From NCBI RefSeq assembly GCF_964204645.1, contig NW_027437435.1, forward strand, positions 62,001 to 126,000: a stretch of DNA of 64,000 bases. The letters run 5' to 3'. Below the pieces are notes generated by a model. It saw nothing but the letters and a program-made list of their open reading frames with translations, did no database searches and had not been told where the DNA came from. The stretch comes from Tubulanus polymorphus (Eukaryota; Animalia; Nemertea). This document shows positions 46,577 through 56,369 of the stretch, piece by piece (the first letter of the stretch is position 1; each line of letters opens with the position of its first letter). Position numbers and translations under genes: made by a program.

Positions 46577-48178
46577 ATGGATGTAGAAGGCGGAGAAGAT
46601 TATGAAATTGGAGAAATGGGAAATAATAATGAAGGATATATTGATGATGATTATAATGATGCAGAAACTAATATTGATAATGATGATGAATCAGCATATA
46701 ATTCTAATTTAGCAGATAGTGGTTCTAAAGCCCCATCAACAGATGAATTTGATAGAAGAACTAGATCGAGAATAAATCCTGAAAATGAAATTCCAGGTTT
46801 ATCAAAAGAAGATATAAAAAATAGTAAATTTATATATAAGTTCCAACGTGTATTTGAAAGATCTGGATATAATATAAATTACATAGGTGCCAGATATTTA
46901 GTACAAGAATTAAAATCTTTAGATGGTGAATATTATTATCATTTGAAAGATGATTATTATATTAATATCACTAATCAAAGGACAAGACTAAGTAAAATAT
47001 TAGCAAAATCAACTTTGAGTGATTTAGAACCAGATAGAATTAAGAGAATAAGTAATAGAAATGAAATAACTGATGTTACACAAGAAGAAAGAGATGAAAA
47101 TATAAGAGTATTTAGTGAAAGAATTGATGACTTATTTAAAATAATCGATGATAATCCAGAAACGGAAATGGAAGAGAATAGAGATCGATTAGATAAATTA
47201 AGATCTTCAACACCCGAAACATCGAGAAGAGATATTCAACAAATTGATAATGATTCAAGTCAATTACAATTAGGAAAACGTTTAGATAACTTACTGGATA
47301 CAATGAATTCATTTGAAGAAGATATGATTAGTGTTTTAGATACGCCCGGTACTGAAACTGGAATAAATCGAATACAATCTTTACTAGAAAAAGGATTATT
47401 TGATTTAACTGATGATGAATTAGAAGCATTTCCTGAACAAGCACGTAGAGAAATTAAAGGTATGCAAGAATCAGCTGATAAAATTGCGCATGAAAAAAGT
47501 AAAAGAGATATTAAAATTAGATTTTTAGAAAAAGATAGAACTGATAAAAATAAAGAAATAGAACAATTAAAATTAGATAGAGATAATAAAGTTATTGAAG
47601 AAATTGAATTTAAAAAAAGAAATGCATATTTAGAAAAAGAAATTGATGATTTAGAATATAACATAGAATTACAAAAAGAAGAAATTAAATTATTATTAAA
47701 ATCATATGATTATAATATAAATAGATTAAAAGTTATTTTTAAAGATTTGTTGATTAAACCAAATTCTGAAATATCATTAAAAGACAGAATAAAGTTATTA
47801 TTTAAATTAGAAGGAATAACAATTCTTTCAATTCTAACAGCTGTTACTATGTTATTTACAACAATTGGTTTAGCAATATCAAATGCTTTGAAATCTACTC
47901 CTACTCCCACTCCTAACAAACCAGATAAACCTCCAGGTAATAATTCTATACAAGATAAAGTTAAGGATGGTTTAAAGAAATTAGCAAAATATTTATGGGA
48001 ACTATCTAAAAAATCTGCTGCAGCATAGCCAGGAATTATTGCTTCAATTGTTGGTTTTATATTGAAATCTGCAGGAAACATTATTAACTTTGCTGCTGAA
48101 CATATTATTTTATTTTTAATTACAGTTGTAAGTGCTATTATTTCTGGTTTAGTAAATATGATATCAAAAAATAAATAA
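46577..48178 (+). pseudogene. Acidic, coiled-coil membrane protein with in-frame TAG at 48026-48028
   Basis: The 483-aa ORF continues past the TAG for 49 hydrophobic codons (PGIIASIVGFILKSAG...) to TAA at 48176-48178, which abuts the next gene. Confidence 0.75.
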
Positions 48179-48200
48179 TTAATTTTTTTTTGTTAAATAA

Positions 48201-49444
48201 ATGAGTGGGAGTTATATAAGTCCTTCTAAGATTTCTAGAATATCTAATGCTATTAAAGCAGAAAGATTACATCATATAATTACTCATAACCCTTCAAATA
48301 TTAATCCCGATGAAACTTTATATGTTAGAATTCCTAGATTAACACAAAATACTTTTTATGTTCCAAATAGTATTTATTTATCAGCTGATATAAAAGTAAT
48401 CGGTAATAATAATAATTATGTTGTTGATAATGTTGGAAGATATTTTATTAAAAAGTTAACAATAAAGATTGGTCCAGAAACAGTTTTCTCATTAGATGAT
48501 TATAATTTATTTATGCATTATAAAGATTTATGGTTAACTAAAGAAAATAGAAATAATATGATATTTCAAGGAATCCAATCAGAAAACCAAAATAAATTAA
48601 GATCTGAAGCCAATAACGCAGTAGTAAATAATGAAATAGATAATTTGATTAAAAAGATTTATGGAAGCAAATATAAAATTCCATTAGATTTTGAATTGAT
48701 AAATAATAATGCACCTTTATATACGCAATTCAAGAAGATATTATATTTGAGATAACATTTGCTCCTGTAAATGAAATTTTATTATCTAGCGTTGTTAAAG
48801 ATATGAGTTATAAATTATCGAATATATGTTTAGAATATGATACAGTAACTGATGAAAATATTTCAAGTATAATTCAAACTCAATACAATCAAGGATTTTC
48901 ATTATTATATGATTATATTGATAAATTTAAAACTGTAACTATTAATGCAAATGATGAAATAATTAATGAGAATATTAACTTCCCAAGAAGATCTATTAAA
49001 GGTATATTAATATTTTTTACCATTGGAACGTATACTAATGGCGCAATAAATGTTGATAATTATTATAATCCTGAAATAACAAAAGTAGAAATAACTATCG
49101 AAGGTATAGCGAATAAAATATTTTGTCAAGGAATGAGAATGATAGATCAATGGGTAGAAATTAAAAAACATTTTATGAATGAAAAAGTAAAATCATTTGA
49201 AAATTGTAACATTAATCAAATTGATTATTATACCGGTAATAAATATGCATTATGGTTAGATTTTAGAACAACAGAGGATAATTCATTACATGGTTCTGGA
49301 AAAAAACTACAGAACACTAAAGACGGAATACAATTATTCATGACAAAGAAAAAGGGAATCAAAAATTTTAAAATGCATATTTATATTATATCTGACGCGC
49401 AATTAAATATTGTAAATTCACAATTAGATAGTGTTATGTATTAA
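48201..49444 (+). pseudogene. Major capsid protein (double jelly-roll) split by a frameshift near 48720
   Basis: ORFs 48201-48755 and 48803-49444 join through YAIQEDIIFEITFAP in the second frame. Motifs HNPSNINP..LYVRIP, YKLSNICLEYD, NINFPRRSIKGIL and LWLDFRT..LHGSG resemble Polinton MCPs; total ~410 aa. Confidence 0.8.
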
Positions 49445-49476
49445 AATTTTAACTTTAATAAAAATATATATAATAA

Positions 49477-50382
49477 ATGGAAGGAGGTAAAGTATATAAA
49501 CATATTCCATACATCGATACACATGAAAATAATGATGGTTTATATTATGTAATACCTTGTAATATAGCTTTGATATTTGATCCTATTTTTTAAAATTATA
49601 AAACTTAACTGATAGAAATCGATAATAATAAAAGTGGTGTTGTTAATAATAGTGAAATTGATAATAATGTAATACCTACTACACCTGTAATACCTACTAC
49701 TACATCTGTAATACCTACTACTACATCTGTAATATTTACTACAGTAATACCTACTACATCTAATAATGTAATACCTTCTACATATAATAATGCAATAATA
49801 TTAGATGTTAGTGAAAATAGAAATTATTGTGGTTATTGTAATGGTGAATTTTCAAACGCTCCATCAAATTGGAATAAACATATGAATACAAATTCACATA
49901 TTACTAATGTTATAGAACGTGTTGGTTTAAGAGAATTTATAGAACACCCATTTAGATATGTTACAAAGTTTGTTTCAAATCAAAAAGTAAATGGTAAAGA
50001 ATTATATGAAGATTTTTTATTAGCAACACCTAATAAAGATGAATTAGATTTAACCGATGCTAATGAAATATTAGGATCAAACACTGTAAATGAAATATTA
50101 GGAGCAAACACTAATAAAGATAATAATGATAATGATGCCATAAAGCACCAACATGATGATATAGTTACAGTTAAACATATTGATAATAAAGATTTTATAA
50201 AACTTAAAGTAGAAAATAATAATAAATTTGATTGGATGAATAAGTTTAAAAATGAAACAACTATTGATGATGCGGTAAAAAAGATGAAGAATGAGTATAA
50301 AAATAATAGAGAATTTGAAGAAGAAAATTCGGTAAAGAATTTGAATAAATTGTTAGGGGGGTCTGATAGGGAAAGTGATTAA
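49477..50382 (+). pseudogene. Disrupted gene with VIPTT-type repeats and a C2H2 finger
   Basis: TAAATG start at 49477 is in frame with ORF 49882-50382, with TAA stops at 49591 and 49606. YCGYCNGEF..WNKHMNTNSH lies downstream of the stops. Confidence 0.6.
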
Positions 50383-50469
50383 GATATTAATTATATTTAA
50401 CTAAAATAATAATATTAGTTGAAAATTGTATAAAATAATAGTAAATAAAAAAGGGGCTTTTAAGTATTT

Positions 50470-50576
50470 AAGGTATCTAATAGGGTATCAGGTATTAGGG
50501 TATCAGGTATTAGGGTATCAGGTATTAGGGTATCTAATGGGGTATTAGGTATTAGGGTATCTAATACATAGGTATA
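50470..50576. repeat. 15-bp tandem repeat (TTAGGGTATCAGGTA) between the convergent gene blocks
   Basis: About three near-exact units plus degenerate flanking units; TTAGGG at 50495, 50510, 50525 and 50552. Confidence 0.9.
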
Positions 50577-50583
50577 CAAATAG

Positions 50584-51198
50584 TTATTTTATAAATTTAT
50601 ATTCATATGGAAATTGTAATCTCATAAGTAATTTGGAACCTTTATTATTTTTTAGTTTATTCATATATTCATCATGTAATTCAGTAGGTATAATTTGATT
50701 TTCTTCCAATGATTGTTGCATAGATTTTCTATCTTTGTTGTAGAATAAAACTAGAAATCTTATATTCTCTCTAAAATCTTTCACAATTGAATTATATTTC
50801 TGATTTAAAACCCAAGTTGTTATCCCAAAATGTCTACCAGAGAAAGCTAAATAACACAACTCACTTTCTCTAATTTTAGAATCATGTAAATTTGCGCAAT
50901 CATCAATAATAAATAATGTATTAGATCCTTTATAAGTATCAATTGCTATTTTTATACAATTATCTAAATTTTCTTTTACTGTTTTAGAATTTAATATAAT
51001 AAACTTTTTATCTTTAAAAATTATATCTCTATTATACGTTTCATTCATTTCATAAGTAGGACAGAATAATATTATATTATCAAAATGATTTTTATAAATG
51101 GTTTCTAATAAATCTAATATGAAGTGTGTTTTACCACAATTTGTAACTCCAGTTATTAACATATTATGTGGTTCAAATATAAACAAATCTTTATTCAT
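50584..51198 (-). CDS. A32/FtsK-like genome packaging ATPase
   Basis: Walker A GVTNCGKT, Walker B LFIIDD and GRHFGITTWVLNQ motif. Confidence 0.93.
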   Translation of the reverse strand: MNKDLFIFEPHNMLITGVTNCGKTHFILDLLETIYKNHFDNIILFCPTYEMNETYNRDIIFKDKKFIILNSKTVKENLDNCIKIAIDTYKGSNTLFIIDDCANLHDSKIRESELCYLAFSGRHFGITTWVLNQKYNSIVKDFRENIRFLVLFYNKDRKSMQQSLEENQIIPTELHDEYMNKLKNNKGSKLLMRLQFPYEYKFIK

Positions 51199-52279
51199 TT
51201 ATTCTTTTAATTTTACTAGATAAAATCCATTCATTAAATTTATCATCATATCCTTTATATTTCACCAAAGAATACTTTTTTCCTTTAAGAGTTTTTGTTT
51301 TCAATACTTTTTCTATTTTGTATTCTATTTCATCTGGATTTGGTACTAATGATAATTCTTGTTCATAAAAATAACCTAATATTTCTTCATCTTTTAAATC
51401 AAACAATTTATAAACAAATGGTTTAGTTAATATTATCTTTTTAATTTTAAATATTTCTTCAGTAAAATTAGGGGTATAACCTTTATAAAATGTTTTTCGA
51501 TATTTAGAAATTCTAACATGTTGTCCTATTTTAAATTTAGGTTCTCCAAAATCATGTGTAACAAATGCTCCATATAAATTATTCCAAACTATTTCTGAAT
51601 TGTCTTCTTTTCTAGCTTGTATAGGTTTCATATTTATAGAACTATGTTTAGAATTATTATAACCTTTAACTTAATCATCTAACACATCGATATATTTATA
51701 TGTTTCATTAGCGGTGAAATATTTCCACATTCTAGTTTTCAATGTTTTATTAAATCTTTCTATAACAGATGCTTTTTTATCTGAATGTGTTGAAAAATAT
51801 TCTACATCGTTATCAGTTAATAGTTTTTTAAAATGTTTGTTATAAAATTCTTTACCTTCATCAAATTGTATTTTATCTGGGATAGCTTCTTTAAATATTA
51901 ATTTGAAAGAATTTGTAACTTCTATACCAGTTTTATATTTAATCGGGATACTCCATGCGTATCTACTGAATATATCTATAACATTTAGTATCCAAAAATA
52001 TCCTTTGTTATATTCTTCTAAGTTTTTCATATCAATTAAATCAGCTTGCCATTGTTGGTCAATATATGAAACCATTACTTTTCTTGTTAAATATTTTTTA
52101 TCCATCTTTTTATGAATTTGATATGTGGGTTGATTTTGTAACCATGATTTTAATTCACTATATTTTATATTGCTATTATCAGATTTAATTTTATTCCATA
52201 ATTCTGAAACGTTAGAGTATGATACTTCACTTTCTGGGTTATAATATAAATCTCTCAAATATTGTTCTTTTTTCATCAT
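51191..52279 (-). pseudogene. Retroviral-like (rve) integrase with C-terminal chromodomain, in-frame TAA at 51671-51673
   Basis: WQADLIDM, IDIFSRYAW, IQFDEGKEF and IERFNKTLK motifs. The two ORFs share a frame (DVLDD*VKGYNNSKHSSINMKP). Chromodomain YKIEKVLK..SLVKYKGYDDKFNEWI. Confidence 0.93.
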
Positions 52280-52282
52280 ATT

Positions 52283-52684
52283 TTAATCCATTAATAATAT
52301 TTTAGATTTATTTTCATTTGATTTATTTTCTGGTATGATAGGTTTATTGTCTGTACACGGATAACTAAGTTTCCGATCATCGGAATCATCTTTATCATCA
52401 GAATTGAATTTTGATTTATATATTACACCAGGGAATATAATAATTGTGATTAACCCAATTGTAATATATAAGTAATTATTTCTTCCACTATTAGAAGAAT
52501 TAGATGGATTATTATTTGAATCAATACCACCGTGTGGGTGCCGTACGGCATCATCGGGTGATTCATTTATATCAGTTAATTTCTTTTTCTTAGCTTTTTT
52601 TAATTCTGAAGATCTTTTACCTAATTCTCTTGCCCATTTAATTTGTTTCTCGGATCTAGCCTTTTTCTTAACTCCATCACTCAT
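52283..52684 (-). CDS. Basic single-TM Maverick protein
   Basis: 133 aa, TAAATG start, K/R-rich N-terminus, TM YLYITIGLITIIIFPGVIY. Confidence 0.75.
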   Translation of the reverse strand: MSDGVKKKARSEKQIKWARELGKRSSELKKAKKKKLTDINESPDDAVRHPHGGIDSNNNPSNSSNSGRNNYLYITIGLITIIIFPGVIYKSKFNSDDKDDSDDRKLSYPCTDNKPIIPENKSNENKSKILLMD

Positions 52685-53279
52685 TTATTTTAGTTAATTT
52701 TTGTTCTGATTCATTTTCTGTTTCGACGTTTGGTTGTAGTACATCTGTTTCGTTCTTACCTGATTTATATTCCATAGGCTTGATGTTCGAAAATGTTATG
52801 ACGCCAGTAGAAATTAATGTCATAACAGATCCTAATTGAAATGAAGCATATCCAACCCATTTTTGTAATTCAGTCATAACTAAGTAGTCATTTTTCAAAT
52901 CACTATATAATTTATTTTCATCATCAATTGGTATTAACTGGTTACATAACTTAGAATAACATTTGACAATACCATTCGAAATAGAATCATTTATTTTAGC
53001 TAATCTTGCCTCTTCATAAATCTTAAAATATTTTATTACTTTATCTGGTTTCATAGCATCTAGTTCTTGAAAAGTAATGATTCTATTTAAAAACTCCTTA
53101 GATTTCCCGCCAGCAATTAATAATTCAAGATGATGCTTACAATATAAATAGTATTCATAATCTATATTGTTATTAACTTGAATAGAATTAGAAACAACTG
53201 TATCTTTATTATCACTAATACCTAAATCATCTAATGTCTTTTCAATATCAATATTATTCTTATTAGATTTCTTTGACAT
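52677..53279 (-). CDS. Hypothetical Maverick protein
   Basis: 200-aa ORF, TAAATG start, overlaps the next gene by 8 nt. Confidence 0.75.
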   Translation of the reverse strand: MSKKSNKNNIDIEKTLDDLGISDNKDTVVSNSIQVNNNIDYEYYLYCKHHLELLIAGGKSKEFLNRIITFQELDAMKPDKVIKYFKIYEEARLAKINDSISNGIVKCYSKLCNQLIPIDDENKLYSDLKNDYLVMTELQKWVGYASFQLGSVMTLISTGVITFSNIKPMEYKSGKNETDVLQPNVETENESEQKLTKINE

Positions 53280-53585
53280 TTATATTAGAGGAAAAAAGCA
53301 AAAAAAAATATTATAAGTATTCTTCAAATGATACTAGATAGTTAAAGTTAAAGAATTCTAGTATTGACTACTGATACTAGCTATTTGAATTTAAAGAATT
53401 TCTATTCGGATCTATTCAAAATATAAAGTATTCTCTTTTGAAAAGAAAATATTAAAAATATAATAGAATTCATTAGCTAGTTGAAGTTATTGTTTTTTAA
53501 ATACTTTTTATTTAAATTAGGATTTAGATTATCTCACTACTATTGTCTATCTATTAGGAGCAGTAACTATAACTGTCCAGATAAG

Positions 53586-54263
53586 TCATTTCGGATCCTT
53601 GATATCAAATTCCTCAACGTATTGTTCATTCTGTGGGTTACTATTCCACCAATCAATAAATTTCCTTGCTTTATTCAACTGTTCCAAATATAATTGTAAA
53701 TCTAGTTTATTAGATTTGATTTGATTTTCTTTCTTTTCTAAAGGTCTTAAATTTTTCCAATTCCAAATAAGTTTTTTATTGTATTCATCGTTCATGTTAA
53801 ATTTAGATATTGGTAACACGTGATCAATATGGTAATAATCCCCATAATTATCTATATTCATTTTATCATCGAATTGATATATAATCCATGATTTGAGAAA
53901 TTCATCTGAACAACCCAACAAATTAGATAGTGTTTCTGAATGTGTTTCTTTGTTGAATAATTGTGTTAATCTAGACCGTAAACATTGTTTCAATCTAAAA
54001 TTAAGATCTGTTTGATATCTTTCTCTCATATATTCTGTCATATAATCATTATAAGCTTCTCTATTATCTTCTCGATATTGTTTGTTATATAGTTTAATAC
54101 AAGTTTTACAATAATATTGAAAACCATCTTTGCTAATCTTACGCTTACTAAATTCTGTTAAAGCTAATTTATCTAATTCACATTTAGAACATTTCTTGTA
54201 GTATATGTTTATAACGCCAGTGTTATTTGTAATATTGATAGTTTGTGGTTGTTCTGGTTCCAT
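53586..54263 (-). CDS. HNH-type endonuclease with N-terminal CxxC zinc ribbon (giant-virus-like)
   Basis: KKCSKC..FSK..KDG...YCKTC followed by LLGCS..NYG.YHIDHVLP..NLRPL..ENQIKSN (beta-beta-alpha-metal core). Confidence 0.85.
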   Translation of the reverse strand: MEPEQPQTINITNNTGVINIYYKKCSKCELDKLALTEFSKRKISKDGFQYYCKTCIKLYNKQYREDNREAYNDYMTEYMRERYQTDLNFRLKQCLRSRLTQLFNKETHSETLSNLLGCSDEFLKSWIIYQFDDKMNIDNYGDYYHIDHVLPISKFNMNDEYNKKLIWNWKNLRPLEKKENQIKSNKLDLQLYLEQLNKARKFIDWWNSNPQNEQYVEEFDIKDPK

Positions 54264-54410
54264 TTATTATACGTATTTTTTTACTAAATTGGTTAATAAT
54301 TTTAGAATCCTCTTCCATTTCTTCGACCAACGTAATCCTTTTTCATTCTTCGTTGCTTTTAATAAGTTGTTTCGATTCCTTGATATCTAAATCATACCAC
54401 TGAGCAAAAC

Positions 54411-54760
54411 CCGCGTCACATGCGGACATACAGGAGCGTTTTTGCTTAATGCGCATGCGTTAATCATAATTATATATTCATTCTATAAATTCTGTAAAAT
54501 AGAAACAACACATGCGTTACATGCGTCACATGCGGCCATTTATGGCCGGTTTTGCTTAATGCACATGTGTTAATCATAATTATATATTCATTATGCAAAT
54601 TCTGTAAAATAGAAACAACTGAAGATAGAAAATTCAAACGCATTCATGTTCTCGTCACATGCGTTACATGCGTCACATGCGGCCATTGATGTCCGCTTTT
54701 GCTTAATACGCATGCGCTAATCATAATTATATATTCATTCTATAAATAGAAACAACTGAA
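54411..54760. repeat. Three imperfect ~110-145-bp intergenic direct repeats
   Basis: GCGTCACATGCGG...TTTTGCTTAAT..CATG..TAATCATAATTATATATTCATT...AAATAGAAACAAC starting near 54412, 54522 and 54669. Confidence 0.9.
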
Positions 54761-54856
54761 CATAGAACATTCACCAAGTAGATTTACACAATGCATTATA
54801 CAAGTATGTTCAGTCGTTTCTTCCAATACATCACTTGATTTCTATATTTTTAAAAT

Positions 54857-55642
54857 TTATAATTCCAACCAGAACTCTTTAATTATTGGGTCATTTTCAA
54901 TCATTTTTTCAATTTCTTGTAAATGTTTAACAACATCAACAAATGACAAGCTTAATAATTGGAATTTTTTATATGTAATTAGTCTACCTACGCTTCTTAA
55001 TCTTCTATCATGTCTGGCACTAATAGTTATGTATTTTCTAACCCAAGAAGTCCAAGAAATCCCCGCAGTTTGTTTATTAAACATTAAAAATCCCCTATTT
55101 AAATAATCCCCGAAAATGATATGATCCCATAAATGATTTGCTTTTTTACATAACAAGGTTCTATAATTTTTTTTCAATAAAACAGTTATTTCATTAAATG
55201 ATGTTATACCTTCTATTTCTTTAAAACTTACATCTGTTTCAATTGATAATTTTGATTTTAAAAACTTATTTAACTCATTTCCGCTCATTTTCTTTTTAGT
55301 TTTTGTTCCTTTTCCTTTTAGTCTTAACAATATTTCTACATTGGTTGTTGGTCTTTTCGGTAATGATGTTACACTTGATTGCTGGTTTTCTATTATTTTT
55401 TCTAAAATTAATGTCATTTCTTGATGGTAATATAAATGTTTTTTAACTTCTTCTAACGTTTCATCTTCCATATCGAAAGATTCTTTTACTTCAACACCCA
55501 TTTCGATTGGTTCATATTCCATTTCGGTTGGTTCATCTTCCATTTCGGTTGGTTCATCTTCCATTTCGGTTGGTTCATCTTCCATTTCGGTTGTCCTCTG
55601 AGAATCAAGAGTACTTCTTGGTACAAACGACATTTTATTCAA
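54857..55642 (-). CDS. Hypothetical protein with 7-aa acidic repeats (TEMEDEP) and helical basic C-terminus
   Basis: 261-aa ORF; the start is uncertain (first ATG ~55633). 21-bp tandem repeat at ~55497-55593. Confidence 0.65.
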   Translation of the reverse strand: MNKMSFVPRSTLDSQRTTEMEDEPTEMEDEPTEMEDEPTEMEYEPIEMGVEVKESFDMEDETLEEVKKHLYYHQEMTLILEKIIENQQSSVTSLPKRPTTNVEILLRLKGKGTKTKKKMSGNELNKFLKSKLSIETDVSFKEIEGITSFNEITVLLKKNYRTLLCKKANHLWDHIIFGDYLNRGFLMFNKQTAGISWTSWVRKYITISARHDRRLRSVGRLITYKKFQLLSLSFVDVVKHLQEIEKMIENDPIIKEFWLEL

Positions 55643-56096
55643 CTAAAAGATATCAGCGGTAGAACAGGAACCGCGATATTAAATGATATAAATATTTTCA
55701 AGTCTATCGTTTCTAATTATTATAACTTATTATAGTTCAAGTTATTATCTATCTAACGTAAAATAGAATTAACTGTATGAAGTTGTAGTTGTCAAAAGCA
55801 CTTAAAGGTTTCATATTTAATAACCCCAATAACTACAAAAAACAGTACTTACATTTAGATTTATAATTGTAAACTATAAACTCCTAATTTCGTTTCGAAA
55901 GATAGAATATCCTGAGCACAATGTTACAGCGCCTGTTCATTTCCGGGGCGATTTCTAGAATGAACACGTCGTTGATTATGCCACGTCATCTAGTTCCGGC
56001 GCGCCTTTTCTAGAATATTCTACACGTTTCTGATTATGACGTGTCATAATGTCTCGTCGTTATAGTAACAACTGTAACAGCTGTGAATTTATAGAT

Positions 56097-56369
56097 TTAT
56101 TCTATAGCTCTGTACATTGAATGTATATAGGCTAAAATAGAATCATTTTCTAGTATAAACATCGTATCCTCAACGTATTGTTCATTATTTGGATCAGTGT
56201 TCCATAATTCAATAAATTTCTTTCCTTTTGTTAACTGTTCTGAATATAACTGTAAATATTCTAGTTTCAATTTATTCTCTAAATGTGTTCTAGTTTTATT
56301 GTGTCTTGCTTTTTGGGATTTATCTATATCGATATTACATGTTGGGCAGTAGAACTTATTTGCTTCCAT
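56097..56369 (-). CDS. Chimeric 90-aa ORF: pPolB N-terminal finger from the TIR fused to an HNH-gene-like C-terminus
   Basis: First 38 aa match pPolB at 36 positions. LQLYSEQLTKGKKFIELWNTDPNNEQYVED resembles LQLYLEQLNKARKFIDWWNSNPQNEQYVEE of ORF 53586-54263. Confidence 0.65.
   Translation of the reverse strand: MEANKFYCPTCNIDIDKSQKARHNKTRTHLENKLKLEYLQLYSEQLTKGKKFIELWNTDPNNEQYVEDTMFILENDSILAYIHSMYRAIE

Noticed and set aside
50495-50557. Interstitial telomere
   Set aside because: The TTAGGG hexamers are separated by 9-bp or longer spacers inside a 15-bp unit, not a (TTAGGG)n tract.
41961-54390. Antisense ORFs in the Maverick (41961, 44306, 47260, 47710, 51903, 53481, 54205)
   Set aside because: They lie opposite real genes, lack the TAAATG start and have shadow-frame composition.
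38582-56369. Bacterial or phage contamination, or an alternative genetic code explaining the in-frame stops
   Set aside because: The gene set and TIRs are Polinton-type with direct satellite junctions. TAA also ends normal genes here and one lesion is a frameshift, so decay is the simpler explanation.
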